Source of the DNA: Octopus sinensis
Taxonomy: Eukaryota
Assembly (NCBI RefSeq): GCF_006345805.1
Contig: NC_043001.1
Span: forward strand, 43,462,001-43,526,000
DNA length: 64,000 nucleotides
Reading direction: 5' to 3'
Shown: one piece after another, positions 1 through 10,950 of the stretch
Numbering within the stretch: the stretch's first letter is position 1
Layout: each line of letters opens with the position of its first letter
Program-made: the position numbers and the translations under genes
Notes under the pieces: model-generated
Told to the model about the DNA's origin: nothing
What the model saw: only the letters and a program-made list of their open reading frames with translations
Database searches by the model: none

Positions 1-225
1 CATATACCCTGTAAGGAAGTGTAATTTTGTACACTGGAAACTGTGCAGAAGCCTCTCTTTCTTTCTCTGTCTCACACACATGCATGCAGTAGCATCATTA
101 TCCTCTCTGTGATCATCGTCATTATGATTATTTGCATGAAGATGACGCTGGTAATGTCTCATCTCTGTTGAAAAGTTTATCTCAGTGTGGTTTGCCATGG
201 GTATGATAGTCTGACAAAAGTCCCA

Positions 226-450
226 AGCTGGCAGAAACGTTAGCACGCCGAGCGAAATGCATAGCCGTATTTCGTCTGCCGTTATGTTTTGAGTTCAAAT
301 TTCGCCGAGGTCGACTTTGCCTTTCATCCTTTTGGGGTCGGTTAAATAAGTACCAGTTACGCACTGGGGTTAATATAATCGACTTAATCCGTTTGTCTGT
401 CCTTGTTTGTCCTCTCTGTGTTTAGCCCCTTGTGGGTAGTAAAGAAATAG
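226..450 (+). mobile_element. tRNA-derived SINE, family A
   Basis: Head ctggcagaaacgttagc, B-box-like gagttcaaatt, central gtcgactttgcctttcatcc...aagtaccag domain, tail gtagtaaagaaatag. Many copies in the window. Confidence 0.85.
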
Positions 451-756
451 ATTATTGCCAAATTCAAGGGCCTGAAGGCATAACTGAAGTTAAATCACTC
501 AATCAGATAGCAAACACAACTTGCTGGGTGCTCGCTAATACCCTGCTGTTTTCACAAACACATGCAGACATACACACATGTATGTGAGGAGAAAATGTTT
601 ACTTATTTCCACGTGAATGAGCCATTTTGGTGATAGAAAAGGAAATGATTGGTTCATTAAGGCTCAGTATATTGTTGATCCTTAATTTATTGATTCCTGC
701 CAATAAGGAATTCTTATGATAGTCTGACCTGCTAGATGTAGCGTACAAGTCCCCTC

Positions 757-1740
757 TCATATCAAATATAGAAGAAAGATGATGGTATCACAACTAAATT
801 CGATTTTGTGATATTTGGAAGATCTTGGGAAGTGTCTATCTAATGCTGTGAAAAATTCCTGGCCTATTTTGAATTTCACGTGTGAATTGAAGACCTGGTT
901 AAACCAAATAATTTCATCAGTTATTTTTCCATTTCTTTTAATATATCTTTTGGGTTTGTTAATGTATTCGACTGCTTCGTTATCATTATTACTATTGGTT
1001 ATCATTATTACTATTGCACCAGCATCTCTTTAGTTATCGAGGCAATCAAAATATGCCATGGAAATGACCATTAAACAAAGGGAAAAGGAAAAAAACTGAA
1101 GGGAGGAAATAAAAAGTAAAGGAGTAAAAATGCTCATAGCAATCGCTTGTACATGGACACAATATAAGAATCAAGTTCTATCATGCGTATGTGTGTGTGC
1201 TTGTTTGCAGGTATGGGAATGTGCACGTGTGTGTGTGCATGCATGTGTGTGGATATGTATGTGTACATGCATGGTTGCATATGTATATGTATTTTTTGGT
1301 GTGTGTAGGTGCACATGTGTGTGTTTCATGTGAGTATGAGTGAGCATATGCATATAGGCACATGTATGTGGGTGTGCGGGCATGCATGTGTATGTATGTA
1401 CATGCGCACATATGCGATTTCTATGAGCATTTTCACTCCTTTACTTTTTACTTCCTCCCCTTCAGTTTTTTCCCTTATTTAACAGTCATTCTAATAGCTT
1501 TTTTGTCTTAATAACAGTCAATTATATAGTAATTTCCCTTTGTTTTATGGTCATTTCCATAGCATATTTTGATTGCCTCGATAACTGAAGAGATGCCGGT
1601 GCAAGTTTTCACCTGACATCTGAAACTTGGAGTTTATTATGGCAACTGAATAATTGTCACATATAATATATTACAGATAAATTCCTCTATTTACATAATA
1701 TCGAGGTCTCTTTCATTCTTTTGTTGTCTTACCATTACTA
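757..1740 (-). mobile_element. Penelope-like element remnant with inverted pseudo-LTR segments
   Basis: ORF 757..1005 contains IIWFNQVFNSHVKFKIGQEFFTALDRHFPRSSKYHKI, like the PLE IIWFNPP...IG..F..LID.HFP motif. 1015-1146 is an inverted copy of 1414-1603. Hammerhead-like core at 1585-1634. Confidence 0.7.
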
Positions 1741-1787
1741 TATATATATATATATATAAAAGAATAGATTGGATAGGAAAGAGAATA

Positions 1788-2012
1788 AGGCGGCGAGCTG
1801 GCAGAAACGTTAGCATGCTGGGCGAAATGCCTAGCGGTATTTCGTCTGGCACTACATTCTGAGTTCAAGTTCCGCCGAGGTCGACTTTGCCTTTAATCCT
1901 TTCGGGGTCAATTAAATAAGTACCAGTTACGCACTGGGTTCAATATAATCGACTTAATCTGTTTGTCATTGTTTGTCCTCTCTTTGTTTAGCCGCGTGTG
2001 GGTAGTAAAGAA
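1788..2012 (+). mobile_element. Full-length SINE family A with 15-bp TSD
   Basis: Starts aggcggcgagctggcag. TSD ATAGGAAAGAGAATA at 1773-1787 and 2013-2027. Confidence 0.9.
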
Positions 2013-2574
2013 ATAGGAAAGAGAATAGACATTCCTAGTTTGTCATACTGTACCCTATACAATAACTACTGCATATAAATTTGGGATTGAAGACTTCAGA
2101 GAATTTTGAATGCTCAACCTTCTGTTTTCTAGACTAAAGTTCTAACCAACTAAGTATGGAGGCTGTTGCTAGACATGCTGGAAATCAATCTCATATTATT
2201 CCTTACTGAAAAAGAAAAGGACATGTTGGATAAGATATTTCTAGCTGTAACTGCATTTGATGGAATAATTATGACTTGAATATCTTTGATCCAAGGTTTG
2301 TCTGAGTAGGGTTGGTCTGGGGGATAAACAACAGTGACTGTAACCACAGTGTCCTGTGGTATGTTGTATGGTCTTCTTATAGGTGCAGTACTATCTTGAG
2401 TACTAATTACTCCTAGTCATTCAACAGACTGTGTTACACTGTGTTTGCTTAATCAGACTTAAAAATCTTTTGATAAATTATGAAACTTTGTGAAGTATGA
2501 ATTGATGAGTTAACTTTTGAAGTATAAATACTTTAACCTTTTTTTAGTATTATATATACTTTACCTCTCTTTAG

Positions 2575-2623
2575 ATTGACTGTTTTATCAAGAGGTTGCA
2601 CCACAGCCGAGAATCATATACAA
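2575..2623 (+). CDS. SNAPC2: Internal coding exon of SNAPC2-like gene (upstream exons probably outside the window)
   Basis: Pyrimidine tract plus AG acceptor and GTAAGT donor. 49 nt, phase 2 in and phase 0 out, encoding LTVLSRGCTTAENHIQ. Splices in frame to the 7188 exon. Confidence 0.6.
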
Positions 2624-2699
2624 GTAAGTACCAATGTCTTTTGTGAATGTAATTATCATTGTGTGTTACTGTCTCTTGGTCTTGACATCATGTGATAGT

Positions 2700-2910
2700 T
2701 GTAAGAAAGCTTCACTGTCATGCAAGCAGTGCACTTTGTTCCTAATCTGTGAAAACATGTCTGAACGTAGAGAAATCTTGCTTTAGTTGGAAATAAGTTA
2801 GTAGTGTTGGCTGCAGGAAGAGCATCCAGATAAAAAAATCTGCCTTAACAAATTCCATCCTACTCATGTGGGCATAGGAACATGGACATTAAATTGATGA
2901 TGATGGTGAT
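2700..2910 (+). mobile_element. SINE family B 3' portion, decayed
   Basis: caggaagagcatccag...catgtgggcataggaacatggacattaaattgatgatgatg tail, shared with copies near 8.0, 12.4, 13.0 and 60 kb. Confidence 0.6.
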
Positions 2911-3609
2911 AATGTGTGCGCGCGCGCGCGCGTGCGTGCGTGCGTGTGTGTGTGTGTTTGTTTGTTTGTTTCTTTACATTTGTGTTCTCTGAAAATCACC
3001 GAGTAAGTGACTTTGTCATTTCCTCTCTAGGAAGGACATCTGGCTGTAAACTAATGCCACAGTTATATATTTCTGTAACCAATGCTTGTGTGGAAAAATG
3101 AATGTAAAACTGAATGAATGAATATCATTGTTAGTAGCTGTGACTTGTTCCTACTCTGCTGAACCTCTAGCATTAGATAGATAGGGCGATATGAATGTCA
3201 GGTGTCTTAGCTACAGACATAAACCAATGCTGTTGATAAGATGGTAGTTATTTAGTTCTCAGTATATTGTTTGCTACTCAATCAATACAGTCATCTGAAC
3301 TTTTTTTTATAGGTTAATGATAAATGAAGTATTGAAACATAACAGCTTTGTGATATAATACTTTTAATATTTTTTAGTAGCAGTCTTGTTGTTGAGTCTG
3401 AATTCAGCTCTGATCAAACATACTTTCAACTGAAAGCATGACATCTATGACCAACCTTTCTGTTTCAGGTAAATCTATCTAGGATTACATATTTTTAAAT
3501 GTCTTTCATTTCTATTTTAGAAATTAAGAATTGCAATCCAGAGTTCAAGTATATTGACTGTATTAATGTAAGTAACAAACATTTTTTCTTCACTAGATTT
3601 TCAACTGCT

Positions 3610-4400
3610 ATTTATTATTATAATGATGGTCGCTCCTGTCACTTTCGACATATGAGTGTTTGAAGGAGAGGACTTAAAGAGAGTGGTAGAAAAGAAAAGA
3701 AAAAACCTCACTAAAATGCTGCATCTATTTGCGATGGATGCATAAATGTAATTTGAGTTCAAGTATGGATTTTGTTATGAAGTTGCAATAGGGACATTAA
3801 TGATTTTGGTTTCGCCCTGGATTTTGCTATGAAGTTGCAATAGGGACATTAATGATTTTGGTTTCGCCCTGGATTTTGCTATGAAGTTGCAATAGGGACA
3901 TTAATGATTTTGGTTTTGCCCTGGATTGGGCAAGTGTGTCTATTGGTTGCAGGATATAGTTCTATTGTTCTTTTTTTTTCAACTCAAATTGTTTGAATGC
4001 ACCATGACACATTTTACACCATGCAGATTGATCTAGGCAATGACTTTCCCAAGATGTCAAGTTAAGCTGTAGAGATTTTAGTAATTCCTTCAACTTATCC
4101 TTAAGTCTAAAGATAGGTCTTCCTTTGCCGTGGTATCACTCCATTTGTTAGCCATACAGAAGAATTTTTGGAATGCGGTCATTTTTCATTTGAACAACGT
4201 GTCCTACCCATCTGCACTGAATTCTCGGCAGCATGCTTTGGATGCTGGAAATACCACATTTTTCTAAGGTTTTGGCATTGGATATCTTATCTTGCCATTT
4301 TATGTTGCATAAACAGCACATGTGGAATGTTTCAAGTTTCTTTATATGTCTGTAGTAAGGAGTTCATGCTTCTGCCCTATACAAAAGTGTGTTCAAAATA
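3610..4400 (-). mobile_element. RTE-BovB-type LINE 3' fragment
   Basis: Minus strand translates with stops as RHIKKLETFHMCCLCNIKWQDKISN...RWVGHVVQMKNDRIPKILLYG...GRP...WESHCLDQSAW, followed by a short tail ending in ATT/TAA repeats. Confidence 0.8.
3766..3927. repeat. 52-bp tandem repeat, three copies
   Basis: tggattttgctatgaagttgcaatagggacattaatgattttggtttcgccc at 3766, 3818 and 3870, with no spacers. Confidence 0.95.
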
Positions 4401-4829
4401 CAAGATTTGTAAACACTTATTTTAGTTTTCAGCTGACATTGTGTTCATCCCACAAACAATGGGAAAGTTTTCCAAAATCAGTTGTAGCCTAAGATAATAA
4501 TAATAATAATAATTTTTCAGAAAGTTAAAAAGGAATTGAATCATGATATGTGTCACTATCCATTTTTTAAAAAATTTTGTTACAGCTTTGGTCACAGTTG
4601 ATGTATGACATAATTGGTGATAAAGCACATGATAACACCTCTCTGATGATTGGAAAGGTAACTCTTTAGTTTTGAATTGTTGTTGTTTCTGTTGACAATT
4701 AAGTAATTAATCAATTTATTTATGTTTTTGCTTTGTTTTGTATGAGCTGTTCTTTGCCTCACCCAGAAATCCAAGTAACAGCAATTAGGATGTTTTGCTA
4801 TGGGCATTATTTATAATTAGCAATGATTC

Positions 4830-5420
4830 AATTTAGGGAAATGAGACCAGAATCTGAGAACTAAGATTCTGTTAAGTTTGTAATATTTCAATTTTGAAAA
4901 CGTTTTAAGAGAATCAGGATGTGGGTAGTGCCCATGAGAATAATTTTTTTTAGTTTCTGATACTTTTGAGTTTCCTGGTATTTGATCATCATCCAGCCCA
5001 TACCAGCATGGACAACAGACGTTAAATGACGATGATGTTTAAGAGTACCATTTGATATTGTCCCCAAAGTTATGATCACAGGTACAATTGTTGTTTTTAG
5101 ATGCCACATTTTTGAGGTCCCTATTTCAAGGTCCTTGTAATTACTTAACTTCTCAAATGCTTTTACAGAAGTGTTACTGTGTGCTAGGATTAATATACCT
5201 ATGAGCAGACGTGTTTTGTCAGTGTGATTTTTTATCGCAATATCCTGTCTATTGGCCTGAATAGCACAACCAGTTTGAATACTAGGTCCAAAAAGATGGT
5301 GATATTGTTATTTTCTACTAATGTGGCAGGCTTATATTCCCACCAGTTCTTCTCAAATGTCCAGACTTATGGTATATGTTCCAGTGCAAATATTGACCAA
5401 GTTTACCATAGCAATTAATA
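4830..5420 (-). mobile_element. R4/Dong-like LINE 3' fragment (restriction-like endonuclease domain)
   Basis: Frameshifted minus-strand peptide: GKLGQYLHW...IQANRQDIAI...YKDLEI...KMWHLKTTIVPVII...LKKIILMGTTHIL. Interrupted by a SINE B tail near 4988-5035. Confidence 0.75.
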
Positions 5421-5574
5421 TGCTCATTTGAGGTGGTCAATTGTTTGTCTGGTTGCATCCCAAAAGTGGCAGGCAGAATCAGCACCATTTTTCAGAATTT
5501 TATTATTATTATTATTATTGCTGCTGCTGCTGCTGCTGATGATGATGGATGGATGAATGAATGAATTAATTAAT

Positions 5575-6345
5575 TGTTAGCATGCTGGATAAAATGCTTA
5601 ATGGAATATCATCTGTCTTTATGTTCTGAGTTCAAATTCCACCACGGTCAACTTTGCCTTTCATCCTTTCGGGATCAATAAAATAAGTACCAGTTGAACA
5701 TTGGGGTTGATGTAATTGACTCATCCTCTCCTCCAAAATTGTTGCCCTTGTGGCAAAATTTGAAATCATTATTACTGTTATTATTAAGGCAGCAAGCTGG
5801 CAGAATTGTTGACACACTGGACAAAATGCTTAGCAGCATTTCATCTGTCTTTATGTTCTGAGTTCAAATTCCGCTGAGGTCAACTTTGCTTTCCATCCTT
5901 TTGGGGTCAATAAAATAAGTACCAGTTGTGCACAGGGGTCAATGTAATTGACTAGTTCCCTCCCCACAAAACTTATTATTATTATTAATAATAATAATAA
6001 TAATAATAATTTCTACTATAGGCACAAGGCCTGAAATTTGAGGGAGGAAGATAGTCGATTATATTGACCCCAGTACACAACTGGTACTTTATTGATCCTG
6101 AAAGGATGAAAGGCAAAGTTGACTTTGGCGGAATTTGAACTCAATAATAATAATAATAATAATAATGAGGCTGCAAGCTGGCAGAATCATTACACATACC
6201 TTAGCAGTATTTCTTCCATCTCTACATTCTGAGTTCTTATTCTACTGAGGTCAACTTTGTCTTTCATCCTTTTGAAGTCAGTAGAATAAGTACCAGTCGA
6301 GCATTGAGGTTGATGTAATCGACTTACATCTTTCTTGAAATTGCT
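5575..6345. mobile_element. Cluster of decayed SINE family A copies (three +, one -)
   Basis: Repeated ttctgagttcaaatt...tttcatcc...aagtaccagttg motifs with CpG decayed to TpG/CpA. Confidence 0.8.
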
Positions 6346-6620
6346 TAGTGGCTAGGGTGTTGCACTTATGATCTTGCGGTCGTGATTTCAATTCCTAGAC
6401 CAGTCGGTGTGCTTTGTTCTTGAGTAAAACACTTTATCTCACGTTACTCTGCAATCACTTTGACACTTGACATGTACACCATGCACTTGATCAGACAACA
6501 TTGATTTGATGGAGAGAGTGAGCTATTGGGCAGCATGAATATTTGATCACTATTAACAAATCATTTGTGCAGGTCATTTGGCAAAAGCTGAATGCTCATA
6601 CATTGTCTTCTGTGGGAGAG
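6345..6620 (+). mobile_element. SINE family C (tRNA head plus CORE-like segment), decayed
   Basis: tagtggctagggtgttgcact...ttcaattcc head, then gttcttgagtaaaacacttta. Same family as minus copies at 18.7, 29.7 and 37.4 kb. Confidence 0.6.
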
Positions 6621-7187
6621 TCTATCATTTTCTCTTTGTTATGTCTGTCTGGTGAAATCTGTAAAAAAATTTAAGGCAAAGTAATGCCATTCTTCTACAC
6701 AAGGTTACATGTTTGTAGAAGAGATGTGTAGTAAGTTGTACTGGTACTATACAGACTGTCAGTACAGTACTGGTATTTTTGCCCCACCCCCAATAGGGTT
6801 GAAAACAAAATCAACTGTGAGTGGTAATTGAACTTGTGACTTTTTGTCACATTTGAATCCAAATCTTGATGGAAATAACTTTAATTAGGTCAATTAAATA
6901 AAATGCTTTGCTGTAAAATTGAAGTCTTGTGCTAAGTTATTATAATTAACAGGTTTTCTTAGAAAGTGGTAAGTTTTCAGAAACTGAGCCTGCAAACCTG
7001 TTTCTATTTCTAGTATGAACCACTTCATTATGTTGCTAACAGCTTTTGTCAAAGACATTAATGTCAATACTTTCTTTCCCCACTTAACATCAAACACCAC
7101 AGGTTTTATACTTAAGAAGCTTGTATTAGTTACTTGTTAAATACTAAGCCTTTCTAAAATATTGGTTTTTTATGGTTTTTCTTTTAG

Positions 7188-7320
7188 TTAATGTCACTGA
7201 TTGGTAACAATGAAGTTCCAAAACATTCAGAGAAGACAAATGGTGTTAATTACAAAGACATTTATGATTATTTGGCATGTGTGTTAATGGGATTACCAGC
7301 ACCACCACTGAAACCTTTAG
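7188..7320 (+). CDS. SNAPC2: Internal coding exon of SNAPC2-like gene
   Basis: ttttcttttag acceptor and GTATGT donor; 133 nt open. Encodes LMSLIGNNEVP...GVNYKDIYDYLACVLMGLPAPPLKPL, resembling the vertebrate SNAPC2 segment VDFEKIYKYLSS...PELSAA as I recall it. Confidence 0.75.
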
Positions 7321-7758
7321 GTATGTTTAATGTGTAGGCATTTTCTTTTGGATGTATAATATTTGAGTGCATTTACTCTTACCCTGCGCATGTGAGCGAA
7401 AGCAGAGTATTGTAGTTGCTTATCTTTGTCTGTTTGTCTGTAAAATTACTGGAAAACAGCTGAATGGATTTTCACCAAATTTGGCAGAAATACTCATTGG
7501 CTAAGTGGTTTGAACTCATTAAATTTTGGTTTGATTATCTTCAAAGCTGGCGGCCTGGTGAATCAAAACGTTTTGACTGTGCAGATTTTTTGCGAAAGAA
7601 TTTATGTGCATGCAGGGGTATGCATTGTTTTGGCATGTTCTCAGCACAAGAATCTATTAATAGCACATAAAAACATGTTTTATGTCTATAAAATACTATC
7701 TATCTCTCACCAGATAGAGTACATTTTTGTTGATCTTACCATCATGGAAAGTACACAA

Positions 7759-7795
<37 letters not shown>

Positions 7796-7929
7796 GATGA
7801 ACAATTTCATATAAGTAGGGAAAAATAACCTTTAAGTTTTTTTTAAAATTGTCACCACCAACTGAAGAAAACTAACACCACTTTTGACCCAAATCATGCA
7901 AAATTCTTGGGAGGTTCATAATGCCTATT

Positions 7930-8195
7930 TTTATTTATTTGTTGAAAAGGCACCCTTGCTGTTGATATGTAAAAGGTACCTATGCTGGTGGCACATAAAA
8001 AGTACCTGTACCAGCGACACATAAAAGATACACAGTATATACTGTGGAGTAGTTGGCATTAGGAAGGGCATCCAGTCATAGAAACCAAGCTGAAACAGAT
8101 GGGAGCCTGGTGCAGCTCTCTGGCTCATCAGTCCCAGTCAAATCATTTTATTTATGCTAGCATGAAAAATGGATGCTAAATGATTATAATGATGA
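7930..8195 (+). mobile_element. SINE family B 3' portion
   Basis: gttggcattaggaagggcatccag...tgctagcatgaaaaatggatgctaaatgat tail. Confidence 0.65.
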
Positions 8196-8265
8196 ATTAT
8201 ATATTTTTTCTGATTATCTGTTTCCCTGCCTGTATACTTATATTTAAATTCTTCTTTTCCTTTAG

Positions 8266-8424
8266 AATCTGCTGTCATCCTAGAACTTCTTGAAACAATG
8301 TTGTGTAAGATGTCCGTTTCCAATCTTGAAGCACATAAAAAGATGTTACTATGGAAATATGATGCATTGACTGGAAAGCATGGAGGCCCAAGCAAGCAGC
8401 AGGTACAGAGGGCTTTAGAGAATG
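8266..8424 (+). CDS. SNAPC2: Internal coding exon of SNAPC2-like gene
   Basis: ttcttttcctttag acceptor and GTGGGT donor; phase 1 at both ends. Encodes ESAVILELLETMLCKMSVSNLEAHKKMLLW..., matching the SNAPC2 motif ESAVVLDLL. Confidence 0.75.
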
Positions 8425-8837
8425 GTGGGTATGACTTACTTTTTACTTGGTTAGATTCAAGTTACTCTCAATGTCAAGCCACTTTTAATTTCAGATTTAG
8501 TTGAAGATTTGGATACTACAGATATTATCTTCAGTTCACAAACTTCCACCTAAATATGTTGTATTCATACTACAATGAATAATGTTTTGTCTGTATACTT
8601 GTGTGTGTGTGTGTGTGTGTATGTGAGAAAGAGAGACTGAAAGAAAGAAAGAGAGAGAGACTGCAGTGAGTGATTGGAGCTTATTAATCTTTGTTTGGAA
8701 CATAAATTAACATGAAATTTTGATGGAAGATTTTAACTTAAATCACTTTAAAACACCAAGTTTGTATCTTAGAACTGGGGGTGGTCTCAGGTGGATTGGT
8801 GTCAAAACGGTTAAAGTATTTAGTTTCATTCACTTTA

Positions 8838-9330
8838 CAGTGATTCCTCGCTACTTCACGGTTCAACTATTGCAGATTCACGACTTCGCGGATTTTTAAA
8901 TATATATATATATGAATGCCTAAAATTTTTCATTAAATCCATTAAAATATTAATAATAAATATTATTTCCTAGTCTAGGAACAACAAAACAAGCGTAAAA
9001 TAGCAAAAACGCATATACAGGGGTATTTGAACTTAAGATGGGATGTGATTGGTGCAATGGAGACAACGAATCACAGCTTTCTATTTTGTAATCTGGCCTG
9101 TGTAACAGTAACAATCTTTATTTTTTAAATCTAAAGTGTCATTGCTTAACAGTTGTCCTTGTTATTAATAGACTACTGTAATGGGTGGGCTGTTAACAGT
9201 ACAGGGAGGGTTTTAAAAGTCCAAATACACGTTAAATAAATACTGTAAATATGGTTTCCCTAGTTCGCAGAAATTCAGTTATCACAGCTGGTCTCGGAAC
9301 CAATCTACCGCGATAAACGAGGGATCACTG
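8838..9330. mobile_element. pogo/Tigger-like MITE
   Basis: TIRs CAGTGATTCCTCG and CGAGGGATCACTG, each flanked by TA; 493 bp, non-coding. Confidence 0.8.
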
Positions 9331-9438
9331 TATATCTTTAGTGCTAATCACATCATGAATTTGCCTGTTATTTCTTGGTGATGTGATTGGTACAATAAAT
9401 TTATTGATACAATAAATGCCAGGCTTACTTTGGGGTCA

Positions 9439-9747
9439 TCTTTATATATAAAATTGAAGTTGTGTGTGTGTGAGACTCTGTCTCCTCCGATTTAGATTCC
9501 TAACTACTCCCACATTTTGCGGTGCAGTTTAACCAAAAGCGGGTATCTTATAGTCGTCATTCATATCGAGCCCTTCTGGGTATTAGCACGCGTCTACGAT
9601 GAGTCTACGATTTAAAAAAAAATTTACCATCATTTTTCCGCATTTTTAATGATTTTTGCTCAGGTTATATAAGGGAAGTAACTCTCTAAAAATGCTTATA
9701 TAGTTATTTCCCTTATAAACCCGAGCAACGCCGGGCGATACTGCTAG
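9439..9747 (+). mobile_element. Complete non-autonomous Helitron in the SNAPC2-like intron
   Basis: A|TC 5' end and CTAG|T 3' end, subterminal GC hairpin cccgagcaacgccggg, no TSD. Retains CpGs, unlike the surrounding intron. Confidence 0.85.
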
Positions 9748-9887
9748 TTTAATATACAGTAGCTCTCCTTTACTAATACATGTAATCCTGTGCCAATGTT
9801 AGATTTGATTATTATTGAAATTTCCTGTTGTTGTAGTTGTATAACCACTACTGTTTATTGACTTGTGTTATTGATTATGAATTTCAG

Positions 9888-10468
9888 ATTTTCAATTCCT
9901 TGATACAACAGATCTATCTGAGTCAGCTAGAAAAAAGTTACTAGAGCCTGAACAAAAACTAGGAAAACAACAAGAACTTCTTCATCAATTGTTGACAAAA
10001 CGCAGCAGAGTTGTCAAAAAGCCTAAACCGAAACATGTAGTAAAGGAGGAAACTGATAAGAACAGTACTGTGATTTATGAAATTCAACATATTGATGAAC
10101 TATTACCTGATGGTACCAAAGCTACTGTGGTGAAATTAAATCCAATTATAGTTAGTCTAGCTGACCCCACAATGAAAGCTTTGTGGGTAAATAATGAAGA
10201 ACCAACCTTAGCAACTGATTCAGAGGAAAATTCTAAGAAAACCACTCGTGCTGATGATAATGAAAAGGCTTCCCAGTCAAAAGAGATGGACACAGCTTCT
10301 AAGTACTCACTTCAGATGGATACAACAAGTTCAGCTGACCTAGGTGGAGTTGTAGCAGGTTTTAGTAGGTCACAAGAAACAGTTAAACATCCAGGAGAAG
10401 AGGATGATGCTATATCTGGAAAATTAAAAAAACGGAAGATTATAGCCAATGTTTTCCTAAACCTTTGA
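9888..10468 (+). CDS. SNAPC2: Terminal coding exon of SNAPC2-like gene
   Basis: atttcag acceptor; phase 1 joins the previous exon and the frame stays open to TGA at 10466-10468 (includes ORF 9989..10468). KLNPIIVSL resembles the SNAPC2 C-terminal PLNPFLVPL motif and is followed by an acidic tail and KLKKRK. Confidence 0.75.
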
Positions 10469-10756
10469 ATAGTCTTATGCTTATGCCAGATGCTCTTTGG
10501 ATAAATCCTTTCTGCATTCCTCCTCATCTAATTGGTATTGAAGTATCTGAAATCAATCAATAAAAAATATTTCCTATTTCGGCTTTCTTCCTTGTTTTCT
10601 CATTTCATTTGTCAATTATATTTTTATGACATTTCAATATTGCTTGGTCCTTTTTTCCCCACCTTCAGTATTTTGCCTGTATGGTTTCCTCAAAAGATAT
10701 TCACAGCTAGTGATGTAATGTCTCTCATTAACAGTTCTCAATATTTTCTAGTTTGT

Positions 10757-10950
10757 GTAGCATGCCAGGCAAAATGCTTAGCAGTATATCATCTGTCTTT
10801 ACGTTCTGAGTTCAAATTCCACTGAGGTTGGCTTTGCCTTTCATCCTTTCAGGGCCAATAAAATAAGTACCAGTTGAGTACCAGGGGTCAATGTAATTGA
10901 CTTACCCCATCTCTCAGAATTACTGGCCGTGTGCTAAAATTTGAAATCAG
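10757..10950 (+). mobile_element. Decayed SINE family A
   Basis: gcatgccaggcaaaatgcttagc...gagttcaaattcc...aagtaccagttg. Confidence 0.75.

Noticed and set aside
2135-2300. Possible additional SNAPC2-like exon after the ttctgttttctag acceptor
   Set aside because: All three frames hit a stop within about 20 nt of the acceptor.
3766-3927. CRISPR-like array
   Set aside because: The repeats are contiguous with no unique spacers, there are no cas genes, and the context is eukaryotic.
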